Origin: Tubulanus polymorphus
Lineage: Eukaryota > Animalia > Nemertea
NCBI RefSeq assembly: GCF_964204645.1
Contig: NC_134027.1
Span: 18,500,560 to 18,564,559, forward strand
Reading direction: 5' to 3'
DNA: 64,000 nt
In this document: piece after piece, positions 1 to 14,500 of the stretch
Numbering within the stretch: position 1 is the first letter of the stretch
Layout: each line of letters begins with the position of its first letter
The notes under the pieces: model-generated
What the model was told of the DNA's origin: nothing
The model's database searches: none
The model's input: the letters and a program-made list of their open reading frames with translations, nothing else
Made by a program: the position numbers and the translations under genes

Positions 1-530
1 TTTTCGTTAAAGGGGCTGTTGCAAGAATGCATATAATCAGCTGATGATCGTAAGAATTGGAAGCGTACCAGTCGTGCTAGTTCTCGGCTGTCTTTAATAC
101 GAATAGCCAATTGAATGGATGTAGGCGGAGCTATAGACTTGTCACTGCACATCAAACCCACATGTTTTTAAATTCTCTCAACTGGGAAGGAGGGGCTTTA
201 CTTGGTGTACTACAGTACGATGTTTCGATTGAAAAGATGACAAGTCAAATCTCTCAGGGGAGGGGATATGAGGTTTTGATTGAAATAACAATAAAAGCCT
301 GTCGGATATGGTACATTATTCAACATAGATTAGTATAAGAAGGATAATTTGAGCCCAAGTGTCAGCACCTCGGAAATCGCATACCTCAGAAAAAATTTTG
401 CAGTCCCAAGAATTCCGAGGTAAGCGGAGTCTACTGTAGACAGACAGCCATATTTGATAACATCATGACCTTGTTTGATCACATGGTACACCATCCCATT
501 TCACATTCTCATATGAAAAATAAAGCACTA

Positions 531-955
531 GGGAGTGTTCACAAATTACGTACCTCAAAATCTCCCGTTTTTCTAACCCCCTTGTACCACCTTTGTACCA
601 AATTCACTGACCCCCCTCTTATATTGATGCAAAGAACACAGATCAAAACAAAATATAAATACCTGATTCCAATGATGTACCAACAAGTGCGTGAAAGATC
701 GATACTGGTACCAGAAACAAACTCCTGGTACCTCTACATTTTGTTATACCAAGCACACAGAACAAAAGTCTGATATGAAATAAATGACACAACACAAGAA
801 TTAAGCAAGTATCAATCTTGGTATGTACCAAGATTGATTAATACCCCCTCCCTTAAAGTAAGTACCTTTTTTGCTGACCCCCTCTCCCATGTACCACTTA
901 ATACCAAAATTCAGAAATCCCTCCCAATTAAGGTATGTAATTTATGAATGCTCCC
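531..955. mobile_element. PIF/Harbinger-like MITE, copy 1
   Basis: TIRs GGGAGTGTTCACAAATTACGTACCT / AGGTATGTAATTTATGAATGCTCCC; 3-bp TSD CTA; related copy in opposite orientation at 12779-13206. Confidence 0.75.
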
Positions 956-1454
956 CTACATGGAATATTATATCAGTTGGTAGACAGAAATATACATTTT
1001 CAGAATCCAAGATGGCCACCAATTGTGGTATGTCAAGTGTTCACAAGAAGCCTGAGTGGCGAAGCAGGCTAGAAAATTAAATAATTTTCTGATAACTCAT
1101 GAACACTCCACAATAGATGGTTGAGGTTAGATATACTCGGTCAGAGTCCTAAAAGTTAAGTCAAGAATCTGAAAGCGTTAAAGAGTAACACGGTCCTGAA
1201 TAATTCGAGGTCTCAATAGGACAGTACCAGTTGCCATCCCTTGTTCAAGTGTTCAGTACTTTGCTTTTATGGAAAGAAAATTAAAATCTTCTAACTTAAC
1301 CTACAGGCACTGATGTCCCCGTGGTGGCAGATAATATATGGAAAAAATTAAATTGTCTCACAACAAAAGGTTTGGTTTTCCATGGCTTGTATGAACCCTG
1401 ATTTGATATAATCACGCCTACTGGCCTGATTTTAATCATGTGTTCCGAAATCTC

Positions 1455-1686
1455 TTACGATTCATCTTTATCAGTTTCTGCATCAGATGCAGCATCTTCA
1501 GATTCATCTAAACTTTCATCATCGTCCTCACGATCTGATGTGTTACTTGTATTTACAGAATTCGTCGAAGATGAATTTGAATTTTGAATTTTTGGTTTAT
1601 AATCAGTTATTATAACGGTCACATTGTTTACGGTTACTGCCATATGCTGAGCACTTGTGCGGTCTATATTTTTCAAACGAGGTGAC
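1455..1686 (-). CDS. RYBP: Duplicate (distal) copy of the RYBP/YAF2 terminal coding exon
   Basis: Acceptor ttttatctttcatacag then [32 protein letters not shown]...stop (YAF2/RYBP C-terminal RING1-binding motif); identical to 5563-5794. Confidence 0.9.
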
Positions 1687-4252
1687 CTGTATGAAAGATA
1701 AAATACATGTACAATGAAGCTGGTCATCTATCTGTAACAAGTTCCTAATATTTCAAACAAAAAGAGAAAAGTTATGTCAATTTGATTACCGGTAAGTTAT
1801 TTGAAACTTGTTCATATTATATAGGACTATGCATAAAATAATAGCTAAGCTTGGTACTAAGTATCCTCGGCATTACATACAAGCGTTTTGCCGAAGTCAA
1901 ATTTGGCCTGACCAAAAAAGTCAGACCAGGCCCCCCAAGAAAAGTTGTGTTACTAATTAAAACATGTGAATTGAGATTCCGCAAGTGATTCACTTGCGCG
2001 CGGTGAATCCCCCGACCATTTCCAAGACCATTTACCTGTATTCTTTGTTAAAACTACAGTTTAAACTACAGAATTGAATGACGTGAAATTTTGCTATTGT
2101 TTCTTTTAAACATAAACTTATGATAATAGTCTGGAGTTATGTTTTGAATGAAATTGAACAAAATTTGGCTTAGGCTACTCTTTATTCTATAATACTTTTA
2201 TGAAATAACTGTTATAACTCGAAAGTTTCTTCTTTACAAACATAAACATGAAATGAAATTCTTAATATGGACTTTCCTAAATTCATATGATGGTGTATGT
2301 TTAGTTTAATCCAGTATAAAAATTAACTGTCAGTATATATACTCAAGAGTCTGAGCATAAATAATTCATAAGGATTTCATCATAGACCTACTCCTTATTC
2401 TAAAGATTTAGAATACTGAACTGTCAATCAATATGACCTACGGTATATGTAACTCTGCATGCAGCCCCCTTTCCCCCACTTGGCACTGTAATAAAGTTTC
2501 TCATAATGTACACACGGAATTCTTCTCAGCTGTTCTCGATCCTGTTTCTAGTGGAATCTTTACCACAGTTAGACAATCTATTTTGATAAATAGAACAATT
2601 TCCAAAATTCACTGTCCTTCCTATAAAATTCATTGCCTTTCACGGCTGTGAATCATTTTTCAATTCACTGCTTTCACAGTCCGCGACGAAACCTGGCAGT
2701 GGAATAATTTGCAGTTTCCAAGAAAACTTTATCTAGGCCACACGCAAGGCGTGCTTTTCATATACATGCACAGATCAATACACCTCATAGCTGTGAGTAT
2801 ACTTTATGCGCTAGCTTGCTGCTAAGTATTTTCAGGTCACAAGAAATTACAATTAATTACAAATTCTATCAAACAGAAAACAAAGGACTCATATTCTGCT
2901 GATGAAATGTCAAACTTGTACGCGCCAGCTAGCAGCGTGTTACAGTATCAATAGTAGTCTATACTTTAGTAGTGTGAGCATGTGTGTGTTTGTGTGTGTT
3001 CGCTAACACTTCAATGTCAATCAAAACAATCACCAGGTATTAAAATGAAACCATACCTATGGCGTATATGTGAAATAATCATATCCTCACCAGCAATGAG
3101 CATTTGGAATTGGCCAATGAAACATTCGCCATTTTGGCTTTCCCATATTTATTTTGGTAGCGCCGGAATTCCCCCGTATATCCCAAAAAGAGCCAATCAC
3201 ATTCGCTCGTAGAGACAGCACCCCCCCCCCCCCATCGAGGTCATTGCAATTTTATACGCAAGAGCCAAGAATTTTCCCGCCCAAAACATTTTTCGTAGAA
3301 CTCTAACAAAGTTGACCTAGTCATCGACGGAGGTTCGCCATGTCTTCAATCGCATCGGTTATACGTCGTTTAAGAGAACCAATGAAACAAGTGTTTACAC
3401 AAAAAAACGTACCGCGATTTTAAATAATTGGCTCAATGCCATCTTCAATATCGCTAACAAAGGTAAACCAAAAAGTAACTCGAAGAAGCCGTAAATTAGT
3501 CATTTATCCTTGAGTCCGTGCGTATAGTTCACATACAACCCGGGGTGGCGCTATTTGTGATGCCAACTATGACAATCAATGCAAGCACGTGTGAGCACTA
3601 GAACGTGAAGCCTATGTATAATCAATAGAATAAACATCATATGTTCACTGCATTCACAGACCTACAGCGCTACTCACTTATATATCATTATCGTGTCATA
3701 TACAACGGTAGCAACTGTATACGATGGTAAGAGTTTATTAATTCAAATCACTCCCAAAACGATAAAATATCGCATGAAATGCCTAGTGAAATGACTGGAA
3801 GCGACGAGCGTTTGTCAGAGATGACGTCAGAAATGCACACCTTCTAACATAAACAATTACAGTGAGCACGTGCTGAAATTGCCGATTTAAAAGTCGTATT
3901 TCTCAGTAATGGCTGAACCAAAATTCAAACCAGTTGCATATTTGATATTTGTGAATACATGACATTTGAAAATGACTTAAACATAATATTCTATGTTGAC
4001 AGCATTTGCTCTTTAAAGTTATAATGTCTACATCAGAATATATTAGACCAGTTGCATTTGTGTTTTAGAGGAGAATATTGAATAGTTACCGGGACTGTAA
4101 TATGCTAGAATGAAATCAAATGTTTGTCTGGGGTTAAATTAGTACTTAAGTGTTCATATATCAATTTTATATTTGATTATTAACCCTTTTATAGACACCG
4201 TTTACGGATGTCAAGGAGCCGTGTTTGAAACTGGTGCATTTCATATTTTATG

Positions 4253-4693
4253 AAGGGTTTCCAGTGGTAAGGCCTGGGTAAAAAAAATTACTAAGAAGGA
4301 CTTTTTCAGCAAATTTCAGACCCAAAAGGAAGGACTTTTGGACTCAGAAAGAAGTTCTTTCCAGTGAAATGAGGGCCCATAAGGGCACATTTTGGCAATG
4401 CCTTCACTGGGATATTAGTCATTTAGACCAGTCATACATTTCAGGGTGATTCCATAATACTTTCCTGTAGGCTATATTCAATCTTACTGACAATTGAATT
4501 AACAGGCCTGAGTAATAAAATGTTTCAACAGTCGAATTCGCGACAAAATTCACGACAGAATTTGCAAATTTGGAAGGACTATTTTATCAAAAGGAAGGAC
4601 TTAGCGTCAATAAGATGGACAAAAATGATGTTTGTCCAAACTTTTTCCAAAAGTAGGACAAAGAAGGACTTAGAAGGACCGCTGGAAACCCTG
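4253..4693. mobile_element. MITE with (C/A)AGGGTTTCCAG TIRs and internal AAGGAC repeats; second copy at 8361-8801 through the duplication
   Basis: AAGGGTTTCCAGTGGT ... ACCGCTGGAAACCCTG inverted termini. Confidence 0.55.
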
Positions 4694-5562
4694 AGTCGAT
4701 TTATTTGTATTTCTTTAGGTATTTCTATAATGTATTCAACGCTCTGTAGTATGATTGTACTGTGTTTGAAGCATATCAAATCCTGCAATTCATCATTTTG
4801 TTAAGCAACATTTTGCATGCTAATGAACAGCACTGTATTCAAACCTGTGAATTCTTGGCTAGGTATCGGTCTGGTTCTTTCTATACGTACTTGTACGGTA
4901 CAGTAATTGTAAATATTCATATCAATTTGAATTTGCTGAATTTCTAACTAAATGTTGGCCTTTTTGAATGCGAATTGTTAGTCTAAATTTTGTAGAAATT
5001 GTAGCAAACTTCACTCAGTCATTTTGTCGTTGTTCTGTCGTAAATAAATGAGCGTATTGGAGCTATGCATAATCATTGTCGTCGTTTGTTTTTGAGAATT
5101 AAGAAAACCACCTACATGGCTTTTACCAAAATTTATGTATTTTTGCTATTAAATTAAAAAACATAAACTAAACATACGGTTTCCTTTGAACAGACTTTCT
5201 TTAAATTTTAAAAAGACTCATTTTTATGTTTTTCACTAGAGCAAACTTAAACAAACCTAAAAGTTAAGTCAAGAATCTGAAAGCGTTAAAGAGTAACACG
5301 GTCCTGAATAATTCGAGGTCTCAATAGGACAGTACCAGTTGCCATCCCTTGTTCAAGTGTTCAGTACTTTGCTTTTATGGAAAGAAAATTAAAATCTTCT
5401 AACTTAACCTACAGGCACTGATGTCCCCGTGGTGGCAGATAATATATGGAAAAAATCAAATTGTCTCACAACAAAAGGTTTGGTTTTCCATGGCTTGTAT
5501 GAACCCTGATTTGATATAATCACGCCTACTGGCCTGATTTTAATCATGTGTTCCGAAATCTC

Positions 5563-8500
5563 TTACGATTCATCTTTATCAGTTTCTGCATCAGATGCAG
5601 CATCTTCAGATTCATCTAAACTTTCATCATCGTCCTCACGATCTGATGTGTTACTTGTATTTACAGAATTCGTCGAAGATGAATTTGAATTTTGAATTTT
5701 TGGTTTATAATCAGTTATTATAACGGTCACATTGTTTACGGTTACTGCCATATGCTGAGCACTTGTGCGGTCTATATTTTTCAAACGAGGTGACCTGTAT
5801 GAAAGATAAAATACATGTACAATGAAGCTGGTCATCTATCTGTAACAAGTTCCTAATATTTCAAACAAAAAGAGAAAAGTTATGTCAATTTGATTACCGG
5901 TAAGTTATTTGAAACTTGTTCATATTATATAGGACTATGCATAAAATAATAGCTAAGCTTGGTACTAAGTATCCTCGGCATTACATACAAGCGTTTTGCC
6001 GAAGTCAAATTTGGCCTGACCAAAAAAGTCAGACCAGGCCCCCCAAGAAAAGTTGTGTTACTAATTAAAACATGTGAATTGAGATTCCGCAAGTGATTCA
6101 CTTGCGCGCGGTGAATCCCCCGACCATTTCCAAGACCATTTACCTGTATTCTTTGTTAAAACTACAGTTTAAACTACAGAATTGAATGACGTGAAATTTT
6201 GCTATTGTTTCTTTTAAACATAAACTTATGATAATAGTCTGGAGTTATGTTTTGAATGAAATTGAACAAAATTTGGCTTAGGCTACTCTTTATTCTATAA
6301 TACTTTTATGAAATAACTGTTATAACTCGAAAGTTTCTTCTTTACAAACATAAACATGAAATGAAATTCTTAATATGGACTTTCCTAAATTCATATGATG
6401 GTGTATGTTTAGTTTAATCCAGTATAAAAATTAACTGTCAGTATATATACTCAAGAGTCTGAGCATAAATAATTCATAAGGATTTCATCATAGACCTACT
6501 CCTTATTCTAAAGATTTAGAATACTGAACTGTCAATCAATATGACCTACGGTATATGTAACTCTGCATGCAGCCCCCTTTCCCCCACTTGGCACTGTAAT
6601 AAAGTTTCTCATAATGTACACACGGAATTCTTCTCAGCTGTTCTCGATCCTGTTTCTAGTGGAATCTTTACCACAGTTAGACAATCTATTTTGATAAATA
6701 GAACAATTTCCAAAATTCACTGTCCTTCCTATAAAATTCATTGCCTTTCACGGCTGTGAATCATTTTTCAATTCACTGCTTTCACAGTCCGCGACGAAAC
6801 CTGGCAGTGGAATAATTTGCAGTTTCCAAGAAAACTTTATCTAGGCCACACGCAAGGCGTGCTTTTCATATACATGCACAGATCAATACACCTCATAGCT
6901 GTGAGTATACTTTATGCGCTAGCTTGCTGCTAAGTATTTTCAGGTCACAAGAAATTACAATTAATTACAAATTCTATCAAACAGAAAACAAAGGACTCAT
7001 ATTCTGCTGATGAAATGTCAAACTTGTACGCGCCAGCTAGCAGCGTGTTACAGTATCAATAGTAGTCTATACTTTAGTAGTGTGAGCATGTGTGTGTTTG
7101 TGTGTGTTCGCTAACACTTCAATGTCAATCAAAACAATCACCAGGTATTAAAATGAAACCATACCTATGGCGTATATGTGAAATAATCATATCCTCACCA
7201 GCAATGAGCATTTGGAATTGGCCAATGAAACATTCGCCATTTTGGCTTTCCCATATTTATTTTGGTAGCGCCGGAATTCCCCCGTATATCCCAAAAAGAG
7301 CCAATCACATTCGCTCGTAGAGACAGCACCCCCCCCCCCCCATCGAGGTCATTGCAATTTTATACGCAAGAGCCAAGAATTTTCCCGCCCAAAACATTTT
7401 TCGTAGAACTCTAACAAAGTTGACCTAGTCATCGACGGAGGTTCGCCATGTCTTCAATCGCATCGGTTATACGTCGTTTAAGAGAACCAATGAAACAAGT
7501 GTTTACACAAAAAAACGTACCGCGATTTTAAATAATTGGCTCAATGCCATCTTCAATATCACTAACAAAGGTAAACCAAAAAGTAACTCGAAGAAGCCGT
7601 AAATTAGTCATTTATCCTTGAGTCCGTGCGTATAGTTCACATACAACCCGGGGTGGCGCTATTTGTGATGCCAACTATGACAATCAATGCAAGCACGTGT
7701 GAGCACTAGAACGTGAAGCCTATGTATAATCAATAGAATAAACATCATATGTTCACTGCATTCACAGACCTACAGCGCTACTCACTTATATATCATTATC
7801 GTGTCATATACAACGGTAGCAACTGTATACGATGGTAAGAGTTTATTAATTCAAATCACTCCCAAAACGATAAAATATCGCATGAAATGCCTAGTGAAAT
7901 GACTGGAAGCGACGAGCGTTTGTCAGAGATGACGTCAGAAATGCACACCTTCTAACATAAACAATTACAGTGAGCACGTGCTGAAATTGCCGATTTAAAA
8001 GTCGTATTTCTCAGTAATGGCTGAACCAAAATTCAAACCAGTTGCATATTTGATATTTGTGAATACATGACATTTGAAAATGACTTAAACATAATATTCT
8101 ATGTTGACAGCATTTGCTCTTTAAAGTTATAATGTCTACATCAGAATATATTAGACCAGTTGCATTTGTGTTTTAGAGGAGAATATTGAATAGTTACCGG
8201 GACTGTAATATGCTAGAATGAAATCAAATGTTTGTCTGGGGTTAAATTAGTACTTAAGTGTTCATATATCAATTTTATATTTGATTATTAACCCTTTTAT
8301 AGACACCGTTTACGGATGTCAAGGAGCCGTGTTTGAAACTGGTGCATTTCATATTTTATGAAGGGTTTCCAGTGGTAAGGCCTGGGTAAAAAAAATTACT
8401 AAGAAGGACTTTTTCAGCAAATTTCAGACCCAAAAGGAAGGACTTTTGGACTCAGAAAGAAGTTCTTTCCAGTGAAATGAGGGCCCATAAGGGCACATTT

Positions 8501-11500
8501 TGGCAATGCCTTCACTGGGATATTAGTCATTTAGACCAGTCATACATTTCAGGGTGATTCCATAATACTTTCCTGTAGGCTATATTCAATCTTACTGACA
8601 ATTGAATTAACAGGCCTGAGTAATAAAATGTTTCAACAGTCGAATTCGCGACAAAATTCACGACAGAATTTGCAAATTTGGAAGGACTATTTTATCAAAA
8701 GGAAGGACTTAGCGTCAATAAGATGGACAAAAATGATGTTTGTCCAAACTTTTTCCAAAAGTAGGACAAAGAAGGACTTAGAAGGACCGCTGGAAACCCT
8801 GAGTCGATTTATTTGTATTTCTTTAGGTATTTCTATAATGTATTCAACGCTCTGTAGTATGATTGTACTGTGTTTGAAGCATATCAAATCCTGCAATTCA
8901 TCATTTTGTTAAGCAACATTTTGCATGCTAATGAACAGCACTGTATTCAAACCTGTGAATTCTTGGCTAGGTATCGGTCTGGTTCTTTCTATACGTACTT
9001 GTACGGTACAGTAATTGTAAATATTCATATCAATTTGAATTTGCTGAATTTCTAACTAAATGTTGGCCTTTTTGAATGCGAATTGTTAGTCTAAATTTTG
9101 TAGAAATTGTAGCAAACTTCACTCAGTCATTTTGTCGTTGTTCTGTCGTAAATAAATGAGCGTATTGGAGCTATGCATAATCATTGTCGTCGTTTGTTTT
9201 TGAGAATTAAGAAAACCACCTACATGGCTTTTACCAAAATTTATGTATTTTTGCTATTAAATTAAAAAACATAAACTAAACATACGGTTTCCTTTGAACA
9301 GACTTTCTTTAAATTTTAAAAAGACTCATTTTTATGTTTTTCACTAGAGCAAACTTAAACAAACTTCGCTTATAAATATTGACAATCCTACAGTTCAGGT
9401 TATAGAAACCTCATAGAATTTTTAGGTCTACAAATTAATGACTAACTATCTTGGAAATTGCATTTTAATCTTTTATCCATGAAGTTAACCCGTTTCATAG
9501 GTATCATCAGCAAATGCATTTATTTTTGACCCAAAGAAACGTTATTGCAGATATATCATTCATTTAAATATTGCCACTAATCATATTTTAACATCATTTG
9601 GGGTAATACAGCTTCCATTGATCGTCTGGTTAAATTACAAAAGAAAGCGATTCCTATAATTTTAAGTAGATAACTTAGCCCATACCTCTCCCTTATTCAA
9701 AGCTAAAAAAATCTTAACATTAAATGACAAATTTTTGGCAAGGTTGAGAGTTTATATATCTTTATATGAATAACAAACTACCTGATATCTTCAAAAATTA
9801 CTTCCCTCCATTTGTGAATATGCAATGTTCTCGATCTGGTAGCAACAGAAACATTCGATATGAACAGTTTAACGTATTGGAACTCAAGAATTTCACTATG
9901 TAGTGTCAATTACTCCTCAAACAGTTTTTATGCACATATGAAAAAAGTGTCAGGGCAGATTTGGGCGGCTTGAGGATAAATAGGCTTGAGTCCTAATGGG
10001 TTATATGGACCATAATAAAATCTTCTATGAAAGTAAATGGACCCAAAATTTGGAATAGTTAATCACTTCATTTAAAAACCCTGCCATCCATTAAAATCTT
10101 CAAACCAATTTCAACGGACAACCATTTTTACATTGACCGCTTGAGGCTGCCGATAAAATACACGCCGGCCCTACACAGATCATAGATAGCTTTGTCATTC
10201 CACCAGCATCCCCATGTCAGGGTCTTACATTTATATCGGACTTCCAATCGTGTATACCTCCGCCATTTTGACCGAATAATCCGATTTACTCATCATTTCT
10301 ATTTATACCTGCCGCTTCTGATAAAATTATACATCCATTATTATTACAATACGTCTTCTAATGATATTCAATGCAATATAATATTTAGACGTTCAAAAAG
10401 AGGTCATTATATAATCACAGGAAGACATTCTACATCTTTGCCAATAATATTTTGCAAAATAGCTTGTATGTGTACACATAGACCTGTGACGTTTTGCACA
10501 TCGATTAACCGTCGTGAGTTGTAAAATGACGCTGAATGGTTAACATTGTTTAGGTTTCATAATGGTAACGTTTTATAAGGCATCAAAAAAGTATGAGTGT
10601 TCCTAGGTTATCATTTCAGAGACTAAACTTTCTACCTTATACTTTAACATTCTTTCGACACCAATAAATATCATGTAGTTATTATGTTTTCTCAGTTCTT
10701 TGTAAATCTTGCTTGTTATTATATCATAATAGGCGCCCTCATGATTATCATCATTATGATGACCATGAATTTGTCAATAAAGTCAAAGTTAAAAGCAAGC
10801 TGAACCAAAGAATGCAAAAATAGGCCAATGTTCAATGATCTTTTTTAACTTAGAGAAATATCAAATTTTTAAAATATGAAATGTCACCCTCTTGACAAAA
10901 GTGTGATTAATGAAATGAAGATGTGAATTAATTTCATCGCTTAAAGAACGTGAATAAAGGTTTTTTATTTTGCATTTAGACCTATTTAAGTGTGCTACTT
11001 TTTTATTGATTTTAGGTGACTTTCGAGTCATATTAGTAGCTACGTCATTTAAGCTAAAAATCAAAATTAGATTGAAGATAAATGAATATGAGTCCATTTG
11101 AGACAATTACCAGCACAGTTCTTTCTTGGATACTAGGGGCCAGTTGAGCAACTGATCCTGCAGATTATTGCGTTATTTCTGAAGCATTTAATTTTCCAGC
11201 AAAATTGTTATTTTCTTTTTAGCTCAATGCCAGTTTGGTTTTGATGGAAAATTGGAAACTCTTTGAAAAGCATTCATGTGCAAAACTAAATTACAGTCAT
11301 ATCATGAAGACAGCCTGATAATTGATTGAAAACCATGTAAAAATTGCCAATTAAATTGCTTCACGAATTAATTAGGAAAAAATACTTTTGGGACGCATTG
11401 TACACTGGTCGTATTTTTACCAAGTGATATGGTTGTAATTCTAACTGAACTTACCTGAGTCTGCTACTGTGTGACGATGAACCTGATGCTGAATTGGACA

Positions 11501-14500
11501 ACTCTTTCCTTTCTTTTTTGCTCAGTTTTTCTTTTTTCGGAGGTGGTGGTGGTGCGTATTGTTGGGCTACCTGGGCAACCAAATGTGGATTTAATCTTGG
11601 TTTTCTAGAATTAAACAAAACTGTCATATAAATTTGTGCCCATCCTTTAAGTGAAAGAAATCCTCCGGTCCGCATTTTATAAATACCCCAGATCAAATGA
11701 TGTCGTACTGGGAATACCATTTTTCCATTCATTGCAGTATTACTCAGATAAGGTAATAGCGTTGATCGCAGATCATTGCGTTTTTATTTTTTGTTTTAAA
11801 TTAAAACGAAATAGAAACATGTATCAAACTAGTAACTACCGTGATTCAACGCATTTTGTGTACACGCATCAAATGCACACACAAATCAATAACAGCTCCC
11901 TTCTTTTCGAGTGCAAATTTCAGTATTTGGATGATTTACAAGCTTAAAATATATTGTTTCATTAATAACGCCTAATAGATGCGATTTGAAAGATTTCAAC
12001 TAAACGCAAGTGAAAACGAAGTTGAGATTCTTCTAGGCTGTACTGAATATCGGCAACTTGGAGCTGGCCGTTATCAGCCAAGGGCGTACAGGCTAGGTAA
12101 CGAGGGGTCCAGGGATACCATGCCCACTTCGTGTAATGCTTAAAATCTGACGATTTCAATATTCAATCAACACCCCTAGTGAACAACAGCAACTTATCAC
12201 AATCTTAGACCTTGTAATGAGCTTGAATTTTGCAATTGATTATGACTAGGCATAGGCCTATGAGCACGAATGTGAACATGGAAATTTCATGTTATTCTGC
12301 TATTTACACCCCTGGGGAACATTCAGGAAGCAAAGGCCTTGAAACTCACCATAATCAGATTCAGAGGGTATGTCATAAGCAACAAAAATTTAGCAATTGA
12401 TTGTGGTTATAAAATATGCATGCACCAATATAAATAGAACAAGAAACTTGGGATCCAGGAACACCATTCCCACTTGGAAAGTGGTCTGAAATGCTCGACA
12501 ATCTGACAACTTCTAAACTCAATATACAGAAACCAATGACTTTGAAACCGACTACAAGATCCCCAAGGGGCACTATTGCCAGCCTGTGAGATTTCATAAA
12601 ATGGCAAATGATGCATTCTGTGGGTTATGTCAAAATACACTCTCAGTTCAGAGTCAATACCTGTAATTCAGGCAGTGCAATCATGTTAATTTACGCAGTA
12701 CAATCATGTTTTTATTTAAGTAGCATAGACAGGGAGCTGACAGGAACAAATAATCCCTCAAATAAATCTTTTACCTTGGGGAGCGTTCATAAATTACGTA
12801 CCTCTATTGGGGGAGGGGGTTACTGGATTTTGGCACAAAGTAGTACATGGGGGAGGGGGTCAGCAAAAAAGGTACGTACTTTGAGGGAGGGGGTATTAAT
12901 CAATCTTGGTACGTACTTTTTGCACCCAAACCCAAATGAAAATAGCCGATAATGGTGTTTTATCGGCTTTTACTATCGGGTATATAAAATCAATAAACAA
13001 CAATACTTGCTTAATTCTTTAGTAGTGTCATTTATTGCATATTGGACTTTCGTTCTATGTGTGCTTGGTATAAATAAGGGGGGTCATCTGTGCCATGGCA
13101 CGTACCTAAGACTAGAAGGGTCAGTGAATTTGGTACAAAGGTGGTACAAGGGGGAGGGGGTCAGAAAAACGGGAGATTTTTAGGTACGTAATTTGTGAAC
13201 GCTCCCTTGGTCGTATTGATTTGAATGCGGAATAGAATTGAATTCTGAAATTTGCTCAGTAAAACAAAATACCATTGGATTTGATGTTTTATTTGTTCAA
13301 TTTGTCAGATTTGAAAAGATTTGTTCAGAAAATAACAGAATTATGACTGTGAAACTGTAGATGTTGAGATTCTATCACGAAGCTGCGCCAAGCGAGTATA
13401 CGTGTTGCGTAGATTCTCATGTGATGGACTAGACTTCTCCGATAAAATCGTCAAAAAGAGCTACGAAACCAATTCAAAATATAGTTTTGATCATCTCAAA
13501 AAAAAATAAAACACTTGGAACCTTCTACAATTTGGAGTTTGCAAGAGTAGGGGATCTCTGTTTAAATGTAGTTCTAGGATGAATACAAGTCACCCAAATT
13601 TCAGTGCATTTTGCCTTTGAGATAGGTGACCCAACACTAGCGCCACTAACGGCAGTGGCTAACATTAAAATCATCTGAATAGAAGTATTAAGTAAAATTG
13701 AATTGGATTTTATATTTTTTTGCAGAATAAAATTTGATTGAATTTGCAGTTCGAGCACATGGCTTATTAGCTCATCAAGGTCATCCATGCGAAAAAATCA
13801 ATTTTCCCGGACTTTGCATGATTGTCAATGATATTTTCAGTAGTGCAAGTAAAAATATTCCTCCCTAAGACCAAATCAACTAAAGATTTCACAGAAACCG
13901 ATCTTGAAATAAGATAAGTAATAGGCTGGCCTCATATCTCATGAGCTATGTCATCGAGTGTGGTGAAAAAAATATGCAAAGATCCCAATAAAAATGGATA
14001 TACAAAGTGATTCAACTTCAATTTTACTTACACTCAAACCCATCAAGTATCAGAGAGACAACACACAATTCACAAATTTAATTACACAGTAGAAAAGTTA
14101 CAAATTCAAGAACACAATATACTTTTTTATATCAACAAACAGAAATAACAAGAGTAAATATAGCTGCAAAGCAGCGATAACGGGTTTTCTAAGCTGCAAC
14201 TGCATTCGTACTATCGTAGAACATTGGCTAGATATTGTTTCTTCGCACGATCATATGGGGAGACACCATATTGAATCCGTCGAATAACACAGACTTAATA
14301 TGTGATACTGTGAAAATAATAGAAACGGGAAAAACTTGTTAATTCTAAATATCATTTAAAATTCAATTATCATGTCAAATTACTTCCAAATACTCAATTC
14401 TTGACTCAAATTATCTTCTAGGTATTGAGTTAGAGGCTGTTTTGCACTGTAAATACATAAATTCATGTCTGATTCTATGTAAAATAATCACTTGTCTACT

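Larger units (their letters stand above)
1148..9363. repeat. Direct tandem duplication, 2 x 4108 bp (1148-5255, 5256-9363)
   Basis: Sequence and ORF track repeat with an offset of exactly 4108; only two substitutions noticed by eye (near 1349/5457 and 3453/7561). Confidence 0.97.
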
